Below the pieces are notes generated by a model, which had not been told where the DNA came from, searched no databases, and saw nothing but the letters and a program-made list of their open reading frames with translations. From Aeropyrum pernix K1 (GTDB lineage: Archaea; Thermoproteota; Thermoprotei_A; Sulfolobales; Acidilobaceae), in assembly GCF_000011125.1 (NCBI RefSeq), contig NC_000854.2, positions 540,001 through 572,000 of the forward strand: a DNA stretch of 32,000 bases. The letters run 5' to 3'. The stretch's first letter is position 1, and each line of letters begins with the position of its first letter. This document shows, piece by piece, positions 31,045-32,000 of this stretch. Both the position numbers and the translations under genes were made by a program.

Positions 31045-32000
31045 GCCGATACAGCACCATTTCGCTGTTCTCTGGTGCTGGCGGGCTGGATTTAGGGTTT
31101 GTGCAGAGCGGCAGGTTTAGGATTGTCTTCGCCAACGAGATACTTCTACCAGCGGCTGTTACTTATTCCAGAAACCTAGGGCTTAGGCTGGAAGTCTGCG
31201 GGGATGAGCCTCGTGTAGAGGCGCAGCCTGGAACTATCATGGCGTGTGATGTTGCTAAGCTGGATTTCACGGGTTTATCGGGTGTTGATGCCGATGTAAT
31301 CATTGGAGGCCCGCCGTGTCAGGACTTCTCTATAGTCAGGGGGCCTGACTGGGACAGGAGGGGCATAAATGTAAAAAGGGGCAGGCTTTATGCGCACTTT
31401 GTCAGAGCTCTGGCCTCTCTGCAGCCTAAGGCGTTTGTCTTTGAGAATGTTCCAGGCCTGGTTAGTGCGAACCGGGGCTTAGCTTATAAGGTGATTCTTG
31501 AGGACTTTGCAAGGCTGAGCATTAGGTGGGATGAAATAAAGAGGATTGTGTCAAGCAATGGGAACGGCGGAAAAGTGGAGGGCTACGAGATAGTCTTTAC
31601 CGGAATCGTGGATTTCTCAAAACTGGGTGTTCCCCAGAAGCGTGAGAGGCTTGTAATAATAGGTTTGAGGAAGGACCTGGCCGGAGGAGGCTTTGAGACC
31701 ATCTCCAGACTTAGGGCGCGCATCGATCATGTCCTCAGCGGCAAGAGGTGGCTGCTCCACAGGTATCCGCTGACCCCTATTGAAGTCTTCGAGGGTCAGC
31801 CGCTGGACAGACTCGGTGATAAGTATAAGGAGGTTATGCTGAAGTGGGAGGGAGTCTGGGATGAGGTAGGTACTGAAAGAGCTTTTGAGTGGAAAAGAAG
31901 GGTGTGGGACAGGCTTACATTCGATATTATAAGTGACTATCTCAGCTTTAACGGTATAAAGCATGCAGACAAGCAGGAGCTGGAGGAGGCGCTGATGCAG
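31041..32000 (+). CDS. DNA (cytosine-5)-methyltransferase, 3'-truncated by the window edge
   Basis: This frame is not in the ORF track because no stop occurs before the window end. It reads SLFSGAGGLDLGF (motif I, about 31065-31090), GGPPCQDFS (motif IV, catalytic Cys tgt at 31317-31319), FVFENVPGL (motif VI) and QKRERLVIIG (motif VIII). The TTG at 31041 overlaps the upstream TGA. Confidence 0.85.
   Translation, partial: MSRYSTISLFSGAGGLDLGFVQSGRFRIVFANEILLPAAVTYSRNLGLRLEVCGDEPRVEAQPGTIMACDVAKLDFTGLSGVDADVIIGGPPCQDFSIVRGPDWDRRGINVKRGRLYAHFVRALASLQPKAFVFENVPGLVSANRGLAYKVILEDFARLSIRWDEIKRIVSSNGNGGKVEGYEIVFTGIVDFSKLGVPQKRERLVIIGLRKDLAGGGFETISRLRARIDHVLSGKRWLLHRYPLTPIEVFEGQPLDRLGDKYKEVMLKWEGVWDEVGTERAFEWKRRVWDRLTFDIISDYLSFNGIKHADKQELEEALMQ

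Noticed and set aside
31617-31964. 115-aa minus-strand ORF.
   Set aside because: It lies antisense inside the C5 methyltransferase reading frame, which carries unmistakable motifs.

Overview
GC-rich archaeal DNA with crenarchaeote-style, largely leaderless promoters. nt 1-2684 holds ordinary host genes: a partial ORF, a small wHTH gene, a Trm5/Taw2-family methyltransferase, a TYW3/Taw3-like gene and tRNA-Val(UAC). Directly downstream sits an intact tyrosine integrase (2795-4132), followed by about 26 kb of tightly packed, almost exclusively plus-strand ORFans. These include HTH proteins, a P-loop ATPase, many small membrane proteins and two tandem paralogous double-hydrophobic-helix proteins that look like fusellovirus-type major capsid proteins. 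They also include four large secreted or anchored proteins, an S1 protease gene broken by an in-frame TAG, Arg-rich proteins and a HExxH protein. I read this as an integrated spindle-shaped-virus-like provirus, reminiscent of Aeropyrum-type proviruses; identity cannot be verified without a search. Two AT-rich islands (about 5.9-9.7 kb and 28.7-30.8 kb) interrupt the backbone. They carry cargo genes: an M48-like peptidase, 2-TM proteins, and a 4-TM protein plus a 351-aa ORFan. The window ends with an RHH gene joined by a TTGA overlap to a partial C5 cytosine methyltransferase. The most striking signal is not a gene. It is 15 dispersed copies of a bipartite palindrome, GTGTTAGAGAA-N24-26-TTCTCTAACAC, with conserved arms and unrelated spacers, confined to 4.4-30.5 kb. 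Copies abut TATA boxes at many promoters, lie at or near most AT-rich cassette edges, and sit in frame inside three large ORFs. No CRISPR array, rRNA gene or transposase was seen.
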